IMG/VR virus record: IMGVR_UViG_3300049216_000317
Coordinates: 20,961-84,960 of that record
Length of the DNA stretch: 64,000 nucleotides
Source: a virus
Lineage: Duplodnaviria > Heunggongvirae > Uroviricota > Caudoviricetes
Reading direction: 5' to 3' (one strand)
The notes beneath the pieces are model-generated. The model saw only the letters and a list, made by a program, of their open reading frames with translations. It was not told the DNA's origin and did not search any database. A program made the position numbers and the translations under genes. Positions 1-9,105 of this stretch are shown in pieces (position 1 is the first letter of the stretch; each line of letters opens with the position of its first letter).

Positions 1-989
1 GCCTCTTCTTCAGAAAGGCCCATCGTGTGCTCGCCAGAATCATCGTTGTCGAAATCATCTGGACGGCTCGTACCGTCGTCCATATTTTCGCCCACAGGCA
101 TTTGATCATCGGCAGGAAGTTGCTGTTCGGCTGGGTTGCCGCCTTCTTGATCCTCAATCGCTTCGGCGATCTGCTTCATACCTTCTTCGGTATGCTCGTC
201 AATAGTGGGACTTGATGGAGGAACCTCGCCAATTTGTTGATCGTCGGTTTCAGTGTCTTGGCCATCGGCATCTTGGTTCTCTGCGCCTTGAGCCATCTGA
301 TCTTCATTTTCAGTGGCAGAACAATATTCGCATTCTTCCTCGTCATGATCCGGATCTTCCTGGTCTGGATCGATCGCTTGATCGGGATCTTGGCCTTCGG
401 CTGGACTTGCTTCGCCCTCTTGAGCCGCCTGATCTTCATCTGGGTCCGCTTCCATTTCACGGCAATATTCACAGTCGTCGCCGCTGTGTTCATGGTCCTG
501 AGCTTTGGGATCTTTTTCTTCTGATTGTTTCATGTCATTTCCTTCCAGATAGTGATCGGAGATTTTTTGATCTTCTTCACTTCCTTGACCGTTATTGAGG
601 CGGTCTGAAACCTCACTGAGTTGTTGGTCGACTTCATGACCGTACATTACGATCTGGTCTTTACCGTTGGTTTTTCCGACCAAGAGACTTTTGGCAGCTT
701 CACTTAGCTTTGATCCGATACCGCAAGTTACTGTAAAGCCAAATTGTTGCTGGACCTGCTGGCGCATCTGCTCAAGTTGAGAGACTGCGGCTTGCGGAAT
801 TTTTGCCGTCAATTCATCGCCGCCGAGTTCAATGATCTTACCGCCCAGCTTTTGGAGCGTTTCGGCCATAAACTTTTGAGCACCATTGATGATATTTGAC
901 ATATTGACCAAAGCGGCTTCGTCGTCATTTAAGACTGCACGACCCACTTTTGATCCAATACTATCTCCATCAATCGTAATGTAGAGCAT
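1..989 (-). CDS. Partial (3' end off window) GGDEF-like palm-domain protein with long polyacidic C-terminal tail
   Basis: Open frame from ATG 989 to window edge with no stop (not in ORF track because unterminated). N-term MLYITIDGDSIG..ELGGDELTAKIP..TVTCGIG..AAKSLLVGKTNGKDQIV matches GGDEF topology (DxD, GG[DE]EF-like, A-K-x-G-[RK]-[ND]). RBS GGAAGGAAA precedes second in-frame ATG at 532; tail is D/E-rich with two CEYC motifs. Confidence 0.45.
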   Translation of the reverse strand, partial: MLYITIDGDSIGSKVGRAVLNDDEAALVNMSNIINGAQKFMAETLQKLGGKIIELGGDELTAKIPQAAVSQLEQMRQQVQQQFGFTVTCGIGSKLSEAAKSLLVGKTNGKDQIVMYGHEVDQQLSEVSDRLNNGQGSEEDQKISDHYLEGNDMKQSEEKDPKAQDHEHSGDDCEYCREMEADPDEDQAAQEGEASPAEGQDPDQAIDPDQEDPDHDEEECEYCSATENEDQMAQGAENQDADGQDTETDDQQIGEVPPSSPTIDEHTEEGMKQIAEAIEDQEGGNPAEQQLPADDQMPVGENMDDGTSRPDDFDNDDSGEHTMGLSEEE

Positions 990-1029
990 ACCTTGCTCTT
1001 GTTCTGCCTTATGCAAGGCGCATAGCTTT

Positions 1030-1938
1030 TTAGCCACGACGACCTCGCAGAAGTTCAAGCAACATTTCGATGTTTTCGGGGTCCCATCCACGGCCAAAGG
1101 AGATCTTTAGACCATGTTCGGATTTTTTGATTGAGACTTTGGACTTCATGTTTTCGCCGTAGCAAATACAGCCGCTAAAGCCAGATGAGTTGAAGATTTC
1201 TTTGCCGCAGTCGTCGCAATGAACTTTGTCGCTTTTTTCCATAGCAAAGAAAAACTCGTTTTTACCGAGCTTCATTTTTCGACTATCTAGGAATTCTTTA
1301 AGCGGCAGTTTCTTTTCAGGAAGAACTTCTATAGCGGGTTCTTGTACGATCGGAGCAGGTTGAATAACTGGGGGAGGTGGCATAACGGGCTGGTTTAAAG
1401 CGTCCGTAATTTTGGCCAGCATCAAAGCATGGATTGCATCCTTGCGTTCCATTTTGCGGTCAACTACTCGATTCACGAGTTCGTACAAGTTCAAACGCTC
1501 TTCGATTATCTTTTGGATTTCTTGTTCTTTATGGTCAATGACGGGCGCCTGAGCTTCTTGCTCGACATCGTAGAGCTCATAATTCGACATAATCACTAGC
1601 GCAACGCCCGGAATTGGACGGTGAGAAAATTCCCCAACCTTTTTTACGCCCTCAAACATTTCGCCCGAATAAACGTCGGGACCAAGTTTTTGAATATGAA
1701 TACGTGCTTCTGTTGAATGGGGCAGGTACAGATCTTTATGTTCGCTGACTTGCATCGGGATAAGCTCGCGAACGAGCATAGCCATGATGGTCCGTGGAAC
1801 CAACTTCAAGCCAAGATGAATATCTTCTAAAGAAGTAACCGAACGGGTGTCTGGCTTGTAAAGCTCCGTTTTTTGCAGAGCTTCAAGCAGATCTTCACCC
1901 AGGGCCTTCTTTAGAAATTGCACTGCCTTCTTTGACAT
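1030..1938 (-). CDS. hypothetical protein with C-terminal Cys-rich (zinc-ribbon-like) segment
   Basis: 302-aa ORF; C-term HCDDCGKEIF..GCICYG; reasonable codon usage; no recognisable catalytic motifs. Confidence 0.5.
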   Translation of the reverse strand: MSKKAVQFLKKALGEDLLEALQKTELYKPDTRSVTSLEDIHLGLKLVPRTIMAMLVRELIPMQVSEHKDLYLPHSTEARIHIQKLGPDVYSGEMFEGVKKVGEFSHRPIPGVALVIMSNYELYDVEQEAQAPVIDHKEQEIQKIIEERLNLYELVNRVVDRKMERKDAIHALMLAKITDALNQPVMPPPPVIQPAPIVQEPAIEVLPEKKLPLKEFLDSRKMKLGKNEFFFAMEKSDKVHCDDCGKEIFNSSGFSGCICYGENMKSKVSIKKSEHGLKISFGRGWDPENIEMLLELLRGRRG

Positions 1939-1943
1939 AACAC

Positions 1944-2393
1944 TTAATTACCAGGCAAGATTTGGAATTCAGTCTTAATAGACGTATCGTCTTCAATTAT
2001 AAAGACGAGCAACGTCGATGCAGATGCGATGACCCAATTGTTTTTGTTACAAGCAATATACGTCCAATCATTTGGAGTACACGGAATGCCAACTTGCCCG
2101 GTTGAATTTGTTCCACCAGCTGCAAGCGAAGTTAGAGCGTTTGATGTTCCCAAGGTAATCGAACCGACAGAACCAGAGTTATTGTAAACTGCAAGGTTTT
2201 TGCCAGCGCTTGGAAGAACCGTTGCGGTCGTTGCGTTTGTGGTGAATCCACCGTTGCCATCGCCAAGTGGTAGAAGAGCACGTCCGACTTCGGAAACTTT
2301 CTTCGAGCCAGCTTGCGAACTGAACTCCATAGCGCCAATAGCGCCGTGGTCGTAGGTGTTACTGCCTGGAAGATTTCTTTTATTTTGTCCCAT
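1944..2393 (-). CDS. hypothetical protein (Gly/Ser/Thr/Asn-rich, beta-rich; possibly virion-associated)
   Basis: 149-aa ORF tightly packed (6 nt) behind upstream gene. Confidence 0.4.
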   Translation of the reverse strand: MGQNKRNLPGSNTYDHGAIGAMEFSSQAGSKKVSEVGRALLPLGDGNGGFTTNATTATVLPSAGKNLAVYNNSGSVGSITLGTSNALTSLAAGGTNSTGQVGIPCTPNDWTYIACNKNNWVIASASTLLVFIIEDDTSIKTEFQILPGN

Positions 2394-2457
2394 GGTATTG
2401 TCCTCTAATTAAAAGATTGCCGGTAAAGCTGAAAAACAGACCTCAAATCGAATTAAA

Positions 2458-3390
2458 TCACTCTTCAGCTTCAACGACGCTTTCGAATCCCGACATATCA
2501 ACGACGATTTCGCCTTTTGCCGGATCAATATTCTCAATCGGCTCCTGGACCTGCCTGCTCGGTGTTGGCCGGGGATTGTTGTTTTTCTTGTCGTTATTGT
2601 TTTGGTTGTGAAAGACGTATTCTCGTAAAATCAAAGCATAAGAGGGCATGCGCTGAGGGCTTCTTACACCGCCAGTGGTTACGTTCGTAAGCCGAACCTC
2701 TTTTGGCATGCTATGCACATACCAAAAGGCATTGTAAAGATAGCGAACCGAAAAGATCCGGCCTTTTCCTGTGTCGGGATTGATGCCTGGATTTTTACCA
2801 TCGGGAAGCCACTGAATGTTTCCGCATTTGTCGATGACGAAATCTACGCCGGGAGTATAGGTCTGGTTGCGCGAGTCAATAATAGGACCATCCAATACCG
2901 CAATTGGAAACATGGGCACACTAGGTTCGCCTGGAACGTAATCCATTTCCTGGTAATTAGGGACTTTGGCATCGGCATTGGGATCGGCAATGTAAAGCCT
3001 GTCGCCTGGAGCCAAATAGATCGTGTCACCATCGGCTAGTCCGACTTTGTTATAGTAGCGTGGCATAACCAGTCGAGATTGCGCCGGATCAACGACGCCA
3101 CCCTCTTGACGGCGCTGCTCGCGCGAATTGTCAGTCATGGTGGCGGAGAAAACTCCGGCGCACGTATAGATCATTCCGTTTGAAGTAATGGTGTCAACTG
3201 CATCATTACGACGATAATCGCCGCGGTCATTTTTGCCGATGGGCGACGGCATCGCTTTATAATGCTTGAAATCGACGGCAAACGAAGTAACGAACTGGTC
3301 CTGCTTGCGTAAGTCAAAAGAAGGCTGCACATAACTTGCGTTACGGTTAATGGTATCAACCTGGATTCCTGTGGGCTTTCTATTCGACAT
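2458..3390 (-). CDS. hypothetical protein
   Basis: 310-aa ORF; no recognisable motifs. Confidence 0.5.
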   Translation of the reverse strand: MSNRKPTGIQVDTINRNASYVQPSFDLRKQDQFVTSFAVDFKHYKAMPSPIGKNDRGDYRRNDAVDTITSNGMIYTCAGVFSATMTDNSREQRRQEGGVVDPAQSRLVMPRYYNKVGLADGDTIYLAPGDRLYIADPNADAKVPNYQEMDYVPGEPSVPMFPIAVLDGPIIDSRNQTYTPGVDFVIDKCGNIQWLPDGKNPGINPDTGKGRIFSVRYLYNAFWYVHSMPKEVRLTNVTTGGVRSPQRMPSYALILREYVFHNQNNNDKKNNNPRPTPSRQVQEPIENIDPAKGEIVVDMSGFESVVEAEE

Positions 3391-3401
3391 ATTAGGCTAT
3401 A

Positions 3402-3908
3402 TCAGGCTTTCGAGGGTCGGAACCCAATGTTGAGCATCATCGCCTTTTGGGCCATAGCATGCGCCAAAGGAACGACGTGCTCTGAATTCATGTTAATTTT
3501 TTGAGTCTGAAGGCAGTCGCCATTAATGACGCAAACCGCATCGGCGATCTTCATCCCTTGCAAAGCAAGAATGGCCTCGACCTTGTCGCCTGTTTGAACG
3601 GTATAGAGTTCATGGCCTGATTTTTTCAATTCCTCAGATAGACCATCGGTATGTTCGAGAACCAAAGACTCCGGGCCGAAAGCTAGACTTTTCATCATTG
3701 CTGGGCGGAATGTAGGGAACTGTTTTTCGACGTTATAGCGAACGATTGCAGGATGCGACCCGGCACTCAGCGCTTGATCCATGCTTTTGCCCATCGGACG
3801 GCCAGTGGCGATCCAAAAACCCCCTTTGGTCCTGACAAGTTTTACGGGTGATCCGTCAAGTTCGCCAGCATCTTGGACTTCCGCGATTTCAGATGGTTCG
3901 ATTCTCAT
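3402..3908 (-). CDS. hypothetical protein
   Basis: 168-aa ORF, 12-nt spacing from neighbour. Confidence 0.45.
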   Translation of the reverse strand: MRIEPSEIAEVQDAGELDGSPVKLVRTKGGFWIATGRPMGKSMDQALSAGSHPAIVRYNVEKQFPTFRPAMMKSLAFGPESLVLEHTDGLSEELKKSGHELYTVQTGDKVEAILALQGMKIADAVCVINGDCLQTQKINMNSEHVVPLAHAMAQKAMMLNIGFRPSKA

Positions 3909-3916
3909 TGTTTCTC

Positions 3917-4567
3917 CTAAGCCACTTTCTTGCGGCGAAAATGATTTTGTTGTTCGCGAGCTTGCTGCATCGTCATTGGCTGTTTGTTTGGATAACGATT
4001 TAAAAAGTTTTGACCTTGGCGAAGCTCGGCGTTGCCAAACGAGATACCAGCATCGGCTGCGGTCTTATGACCCTTTGCACTGATGTCGTCCCAGGTTTCT
4101 TTGTCGACACTGATGTGCGGTTTGAAATCATAGTTATTCTGGAAGCCCATGCTTTTGAACTTTGAGTTTTGATCTTTAAGGTTGTCGACTGGCGGACCCG
4201 TTAACTCTAGAGCATGAACTGTGTAGCCACCTTGTCCCTGAAGTTTAATTGGTTTGATGCCCGTTTCTTTTGGGTTCGGCGGCGGAAACGAGTTTTGGCT
4301 TGCGATTTCGTGAGCTTTTGAAGCCGTGTCTTTTTCTGTGTTAAAGGCTTTGATCGTCGAATGGTAACCAACACCGTTGTTTGGGTTTGATTTGCGTCCG
4401 TTAATTGAAACTGGATGCATCAGCGCCATGCCTTTATGGGCAAACTTTCGATATTGATCATCGTCTGAGGACTTAATCAGATAAGTAAAATGCTGCTCGG
4501 ATTTTTTTAATTCTGATTTTTTGAGGCTGGATTCTTCTAAAATCGCCTTAGCTAACCAATGGTTCAT
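3917..4567 (-). CDS. hypothetical protein
   Basis: 216-aa ORF. Confidence 0.45.
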   Translation of the reverse strand: MNHWLAKAILEESSLKKSELKKSEQHFTYLIKSSDDDQYRKFAHKGMALMHPVSINGRKSNPNNGVGYHSTIKAFNTEKDTASKAHEIASQNSFPPPNPKETGIKPIKLQGQGGYTVHALELTGPPVDNLKDQNSKFKSMGFQNNYDFKPHISVDKETWDDISAKGHKTAADAGISFGNAELRQGQNFLNRYPNKQPMTMQQAREQQNHFRRKKVA

Positions 4568-4568
4568 G

Positions 4569-5471
4569 CTAAAACTCCGAGACGAAGTATTTACTTGCGA
4601 AGATCGCTTTGATCTTCTTTACATACTCGTCGCGCTTACGCATAAGCTCTTCGATCCGCTGCAAGAAAATCATAGGTCCAGGACCGCTTGATGACTGAGA
4701 AAGACCGTCTTGGCTGAGCGATTGCGATGTCAGTGGGTAAAGAATCGGTGCGATCTCAGAAAGGATAGCAATGGCAGCGATTGTGCCAACCAATTCGTTA
4801 ACGATCGTTGGAACTTTGCCTTCCGTGTTTGAAAGCCCAGCCGTATATTGAACCTGCCAGTATCCCGGAATGTGATTTGAATTTCCGGCTGCGCCCCAAA
4901 CGGCCAAAAATGCGGCGCCGGCGCCAGTCGTTGTAGGTCCGATGATCGTACCAGAAACTGAAGCTCCCCCGTATGCAGCGAGCAAAGGGACTACGTTGAT
5001 TGTGTTCTTTGCGAAGTTAGCCGATTCAATCCATCGATTCGGGATTTCATAGATAACGGTGCCGTCAGATGCGCAAATCGACAAGCGTTCAAGGGAAATG
5101 ATTGGACCATGTTCAGTTTTTAAGTGAATGAATTGGTTGTAAAGAGCCCAGTCAAACGGAAGCTTATCTTTGAAAGCTTCGCGATTGATGTTTCGGCCCA
5201 CTAAGATCTCGGCTTCATTGCAAGCCAAATAAATACGGTCTTTGAAATCATCGGCAGTATAGGTATCGCCATTGGGCATGACCAGCGGAACGCCCTTAAA
5301 GAAGCGGCTGACCAATTGCTCGGGCGTGAGCATCGGCTCTACGCGACGCAGAAGGCCAGATGTTTGCTCTGCATGAACGGGATAGCCGGACGTTTGAAAC
5401 GTCTTCTGATTTTGGAAATCCATAAGCTCCTTAGCAACAGCCGCTGTTAGGCAAAGAACCGTCTGATCCAT
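4569..5471 (-). CDS. hypothetical protein (Gly/Ala/Thr-rich central region, hydrophobic segment)
   Basis: 300-aa ORF directly abutting downstream gene (1-nt gap). Confidence 0.5.
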   Translation of the reverse strand: MDQTVLCLTAAVAKELMDFQNQKTFQTSGYPVHAEQTSGLLRRVEPMLTPEQLVSRFFKGVPLVMPNGDTYTADDFKDRIYLACNEAEILVGRNINREAFKDKLPFDWALYNQFIHLKTEHGPIISLERLSICASDGTVIYEIPNRWIESANFAKNTINVVPLLAAYGGASVSGTIIGPTTTGAGAAFLAVWGAAGNSNHIPGYWQVQYTAGLSNTEGKVPTIVNELVGTIAAIAILSEIAPILYPLTSQSLSQDGLSQSSSGPGPMIFLQRIEELMRKRDEYVKKIKAIFASKYFVSEF

Positions 5472-5925
5472 CAGCGCCCGGATATGAAACCGCCAACAGG
5501 TTGAGCGCGCTAAAAGTTTTGATATTTAGACCTTCGGTCAGTTTGAAAACGACGTTTCCGCCAGCAGGCGTCAAAGTAGAAGGAATTGTAACGCTGAAGA
5601 TTGAACCATCATTTGGGTCTTGAAGGGCTGCAAGCGTAAGTGTCTTGGAATTGTCGATCGAGGGGAAGGTTACCTTCATGGCGACTGGCTGATTACTGCT
5701 GCCGACGCCTGCGATGTAACGTAGACCTGCGTTGCCCGAGAGCGGAGCGACAGGCAGACCATATGTCAAAGGGCCGCCAATGGAGTTGTAGGCGCCTTGG
5801 TCGATGTCGGCCAACTGGAAGTAAAGTGTGGTCGTATCGCCGGCGTTGACGTTCCATTGGTTCGCATATTGGAAAGAATTTACGTTTTGGAAGTTGACGA
5901 GCGCCTTAGCGGTTAGTCTAGCCAT
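5431..5925 (-). CDS. hypothetical protein (beta-rich, ends in CC)
   Basis: 164-aa ORF overlapping next gene by 41 nt. Confidence 0.4.
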   Translation of the reverse strand: MARLTAKALVNFQNVNSFQYANQWNVNAGDTTTLYFQLADIDQGAYNSIGGPLTYGLPVAPLSGNAGLRYIAGVGSSNQPVAMKVTFPSIDNSKTLTLAALQDPNDGSIFSVTIPSTLTPAGGNVVFKLTEGLNIKTFSALNLLAVSYPGADGSDGSLPNSGCC

Positions 5926-5939
5926 CGAATTTCACCCTT

Positions 5940-5989
5940 GCTATTAGCTATTTTCAACTTTAAGATTACGATTGAAGCGCTAATAGCGC
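5940..5989 (+). promoter_or_regulatory. Upstream region of dNMP kinase gene containing GCTATTAGC, CTATTTTCAACTT and inverted repeat GCGCTA-A-TAGCGC
   Basis: GCTATTAGC at 5940-5948, CTATTTTCAACTT at 5948-5960, GCGCTAATAGCGC at 5977-5989; the same motifs recur upstream of other plus-strand genes (see findings). Confidence 0.4.
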
Positions 5990-5998
5990 AATAAGATT

Positions 5999-6643
5999 AT
6001 GAAAAGACGAGGTTTTATGAAAGTCGTTGCCGTTTCAGGCTGGAAGCGCTCAGGAAAGGATACTATCGCCGACTATTTGGTCCAGAAGTACGAAGCGAAG
6101 CGAATTGCCTTTGCCGATCCGCTAAAAGAGATGGTTTCGGAGTTGTTTGGTCTTTCGCTTGATACAATCAACAACCCGGCAACCAAGGAAGCTCCGCTTC
6201 TAGACCTGCCGGTGGAGATGAAAGATAAGTTCTCGACCAACAACAACAGGTTTCTGTGGGGAGAATTTCGCGATCAGAATGGAAAACGTTACGGCGAAGG
6301 ATCTCCCGAATCAGTCATGTGTTGGACTCCGCGAGCTCTTTGCATCATGCTCGGCTCGTCGATGCGCTGTATTGACCCTAACTTCTGGGTAAAAAAGGCG
6401 ATTCAACAGACCAAACCGGGCCAGCTGTACGTTATTTCTGATCTTCGTTATCGCAACGAGATTGAATCCTTGAAAAAAGAAGTTTCAAACGTAAAGGCGA
6501 TCCGAATCAATCGATTTGACACCTGCGAATCAACTGATCCATCAGAACGCGATCTAGACAATTATCAGTTTGATGCTTTGATTGAGAACAAAGGAACGAT
6601 CGCTGATCTTTATTTTGCTGTTGATCGTGAATTGGCTCGGTAA
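5999..6643 (+). CDS. deoxynucleoside monophosphate kinase (T4 gp1-like)
   Basis: N-term MKVVAVSGWKRSGKDTIADYL closely parallels T4 gp1 MKLIFLSGVKRSGKDTTADFI P-loop; further collinear similarity (ADPLKE, FWVK, VISDLRYRNE). Confidence 0.75.
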   Translation: MKRRGFMKVVAVSGWKRSGKDTIADYLVQKYEAKRIAFADPLKEMVSELFGLSLDTINNPATKEAPLLDLPVEMKDKFSTNNNRFLWGEFRDQNGKRYGEGSPESVMCWTPRALCIMLGSSMRCIDPNFWVKKAIQQTKPGQLYVISDLRYRNEIESLKKEVSNVKAIRINRFDTCESTDPSERDLDNYQFDALIENKGTIADLYFAVDRELAR

Positions 6644-6873
6644 TGGCGAAGATCGCATCGCGAAACTACTACCATAATGATCGTCGAAAGATCAAAACCC
6701 GACTTTTGCGCCAGACCGATGTCTGCGCCATTTGCGGCAAAAAGTTCGTCGATATGAAGGAAGTGACGATTGATCATATCGTTCCTTTGTCAAAGGGTGG
6801 TCCCGATATTCATCAGAACATGCAGCTGGCCCACCGTTCGTGTAATCAAGAAAAAGGAAACTTGATCGAATAA
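6643..6873 (+). CDS. HNH endonuclease
   Basis: CAICGKKF..IDHIVPLSKGG..HQNMQLAHRSCNQEKGN = HNH motif with Cys pairs; TAATG overlap with upstream gene. Confidence 0.75.
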   Translation: MAKIASRNYYHNDRRKIKTRLLRQTDVCAICGKKFVDMKEVTIDHIVPLSKGGPDIHQNMQLAHRSCNQEKGNLIE

Positions 6874-6901
6874 AAAAAGGGGTCCGGCGAAGCCGAACCC
6901 C
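6872..6901 (-). terminator. Rho-independent terminator (hairpin GGGGTCCGGC-GAA-GCCGAACCCC plus T8 run on minus strand) between convergent genes
   Basis: Near-perfect 10-bp stem at 6879-6901; minus-strand reading gives hairpin then TTTTTTTTA; lies between plus gene end 6873 and minus gene end 6937. Confidence 0.6.
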
Positions 6902-6936
6902 AAAGCATCTTCAAGAACTTGAAGGCGCAGAGAAGA

Positions 6937-7581
6937 TTAAAGGACCAATTTTGGAGTTTGGACGACTTGGATCATGTTAATGATCTTCAGTGCCAATTTC
7001 ACATCGCCAAGCATTTCAGCGAAACGACGCTGAGCTTTCAATGACAATGTTGCGCCACTCAGGATCGCAGCAAGGATTTCTTGCAGCGAAGACTCGATTG
7101 ACGACTTGTTAATTACGTTTTCTGTCAGAGCAACGCCCAAAATTTTAACGACAGAAGCCGAAGGAGCAGTGCGGTTGTAGATGCTCGCAATGAACTGATC
7201 GCCTGCGGATTTACTTCCCAGCGCTTCTTCAAGCTTCACCAATTCGGTTTTGCTCAAAACAACCGTCGTGAGCGGAATTGTAGCCGCTGGAGTGGTAAGA
7301 GAGAACTGGCCAGAGTCCGCAATTGCGTTACCATTTCCGGTGTCATCAGCCGCAATTACGAAGTAATAAGTCGTGCTCGGGCTAAGTCCGCTGAATGATT
7401 GGTTAGACAGGTTTGTCGCACCAGCAACTAAGTTGCCTGCTCCTGGAGTGAATCCAGAAGTTGTGCTCATATACCATTGATAAGTATAAGGTCCTGTTCC
7501 ACCTGAAGCGGCGGTTGATGAAAGAATCGCTGACGTGGACGTCGCGCTAACTTCCGAAATTGTTCCTGCTGAAAATGACAT
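6937..7581 (-). CDS. putative head decoration protein with N-terminal Ig-like/FN3-like domain
   Basis: N-term PYTYQWY..TTYYF pattern typical of Ig-like beta-sandwich domains; immediately downstream of capsid gene; RBS AGGAGA. Confidence 0.4.
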   Translation of the reverse strand: MSFSAGTISEVSATSTSAILSSTAASGGTGPYTYQWYMSTTSGFTPGAGNLVAGATNLSNQSFSGLSPSTTYYFVIAADDTGNGNAIADSGQFSLTTPAATIPLTTVVLSKTELVKLEEALGSKSAGDQFIASIYNRTAPSASVVKILGVALTENVINKSSIESSLQEILAAILSGATLSLKAQRRFAEMLGDVKLALKIINMIQVVQTPKLVL

Positions 7582-7612
7582 TTAGGTTTTCTCCTATGAT
7601 CTTAAGATTGGT

Positions 7613-7650
7613 TCAGAAATAAAAAAGGCCCGAAAGTTACCCTTCGAGCC
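7613..7650 (-). terminator. Putative intrinsic terminator after capsid gene (minus strand)
   Basis: Hairpin GGCCCGAAAG/CCTTCGAGCC (8 of 10 bp paired, loop TTAC) at 7627-7650, followed on the minus strand by TTTTTTATTT. Confidence 0.45.
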
Positions 7651-7677
7651 TTTGTAACTAGCTAAGCTAGTGGGCGA

Positions 7678-9063
7678 TTACAGTTGGCCAGTGATATTGT
7701 CCAACAGAACGTTTTTGCGTGGCTGATATGCAGCGAGTGACAAGAAGCGGAACGATGCTTCAGGCAAGCTGAGATCAGAGATCGCAAGTTTCAGTTTCGA
7801 GAACGGAGCCAATTGAGCGAAGCCCAAAGTGTTGGCTTGGATCAAGAAACCAGTCACTGAACCTGGAGCGCGGTTACCAAGATCGGTAAACACAACCGTT
7901 GAGTTCGGACCAGCGGCGACTTTACCGATGAATTTAGCTGAAGCAGCCGATCCACCAACCAACGAGCTATACACGTTGTAGTATTGTGCGCCAGAAACTT
8001 GAGTGATCGTCACGGTGACTTTGTCACCAGCAGCGGCCACAACCGCAGTTGCAGGAGCGGAAGCAACCGATTCACCCAACATTGACACTGCTGTCACGTA
8101 GTAAACGATTGAACCAGCTTGCAAGAGCGAACCAGCTGCGCCACCGTCAGCAACCGCAATGGTTGGACCAGATGGAGCGCCGATGCGTGAACGTGCAGGG
8201 CGAGTTTTGCCAGACAGGAAGCGTGAAGCTTCGAGAGCAACAACTGCTGCGGAAGTCCACTGAGTACGCAAGTGCGCGCCAGTAGCTTCTTGAGCAGAAC
8301 CTGCCAACATAATTCTTTCCTTAGCATGGGCAATTTTGTTATATGCAGAAAGGCTAATAGGATCAAGGATCAGCTTGTCAGCCGCTCCCATATTCATAGC
8401 GCTGCGCACCGAGCTATCTTCAATTACGGATTGAGTAAGAGTTCCGCCGACTGACAAAACTACAGTTTGGTCTGAGCCGTACTCCCCAAACATAAGATCT
8501 TGTGTATTCTGCTCAGCGTCTGATTGACGAACCTGAACATCCACACCGATCATGTTTGGAAGTTTAGCGATTGCGAGCGGGTTACCGTCGAAAACACCAC
8601 CGTTTGAAAAATCGGCCATTCCACGAAAGCTGTCGAATTCAATATCACCGCTTAATTTCATCGCAGCGTTTGCAGCTGAACGATCTTCGGCTTTAACACC
8701 GTCGAATGCGCCGATGAGGTTAGCGGCAACAGTCACGCGAGTAGTCGTGCTGTAGTATGCCATTGGCACAACTGCACGAACGTAGTTCGCATCGTTTTCC
8801 GTTCCGATGCCTCCTTCGAATTGGGCCGTTGCCCCGAAGATCCCGTAGTCAAGCTGACGGTTGAATTGGTGAAGTTGTGACTTCACATCTTTCACACTAA
8901 GCATTTTTTGGAGCTTAATATGGGAATCATCAAAGGTAACATTTTGCATTACCGGCGATAAGTCTTCCACTTGAAGTGCTGAGCCCTGATTGAGTTGGCC
9001 AGGCGCTGCCATTTGGCTGCCGGCTTCCAACGCTTTCATAAGGGACTGAAGTTGTTCGATCAT
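7678..9063 (-). CDS. putative major capsid protein (HK97-fold)
   Basis: 461-aa ORF placed scaffold -> this gene -> decoration protein; Ala/Gly/Ser-rich beta-type composition; flanked by terminator. No motif proof. Confidence 0.5.
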   Translation of the reverse strand: MIEQLQSLMKALEAGSQMAAPGQLNQGSALQVEDLSPVMQNVTFDDSHIKLQKMLSVKDVKSQLHQFNRQLDYGIFGATAQFEGGIGTENDANYVRAVVPMAYYSTTTRVTVAANLIGAFDGVKAEDRSAANAAMKLSGDIEFDSFRGMADFSNGGVFDGNPLAIAKLPNMIGVDVQVRQSDAEQNTQDLMFGEYGSDQTVVLSVGGTLTQSVIEDSSVRSAMNMGAADKLILDPISLSAYNKIAHAKERIMLAGSAQEATGAHLRTQWTSAAVVALEASRFLSGKTRPARSRIGAPSGPTIAVADGGAAGSLLQAGSIVYYVTAVSMLGESVASAPATAVVAAAGDKVTVTITQVSGAQYYNVYSSLVGGSAASAKFIGKVAAGPNSTVVFTDLGNRAPGSVTGFLIQANTLGFAQLAPFSKLKLAISDLSLPEASFRFLSLAAYQPRKNVLLDNITGQL

Positions 9064-9105
9064 TTTTTACTCTCCTTAAGAGTTTCTAATCATTTGTCCC
9101 AGCCC

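Noticed and set aside
176-598. Track ORFs 176..493(-), 212..598(+), 234..524(+)
   Set aside because: These are alternative-frame or antisense readings of the Asp/Glu-codon repeat region. The in-frame minus-strand acidic ORF, which continues to the window edge and has an RBS, explains the region better.
8049-8454. Plus-strand and alternative minus-strand ORFs within the capsid gene
   Set aside because: They are fully nested in the 461-aa capsid ORF and are short with atypical composition.
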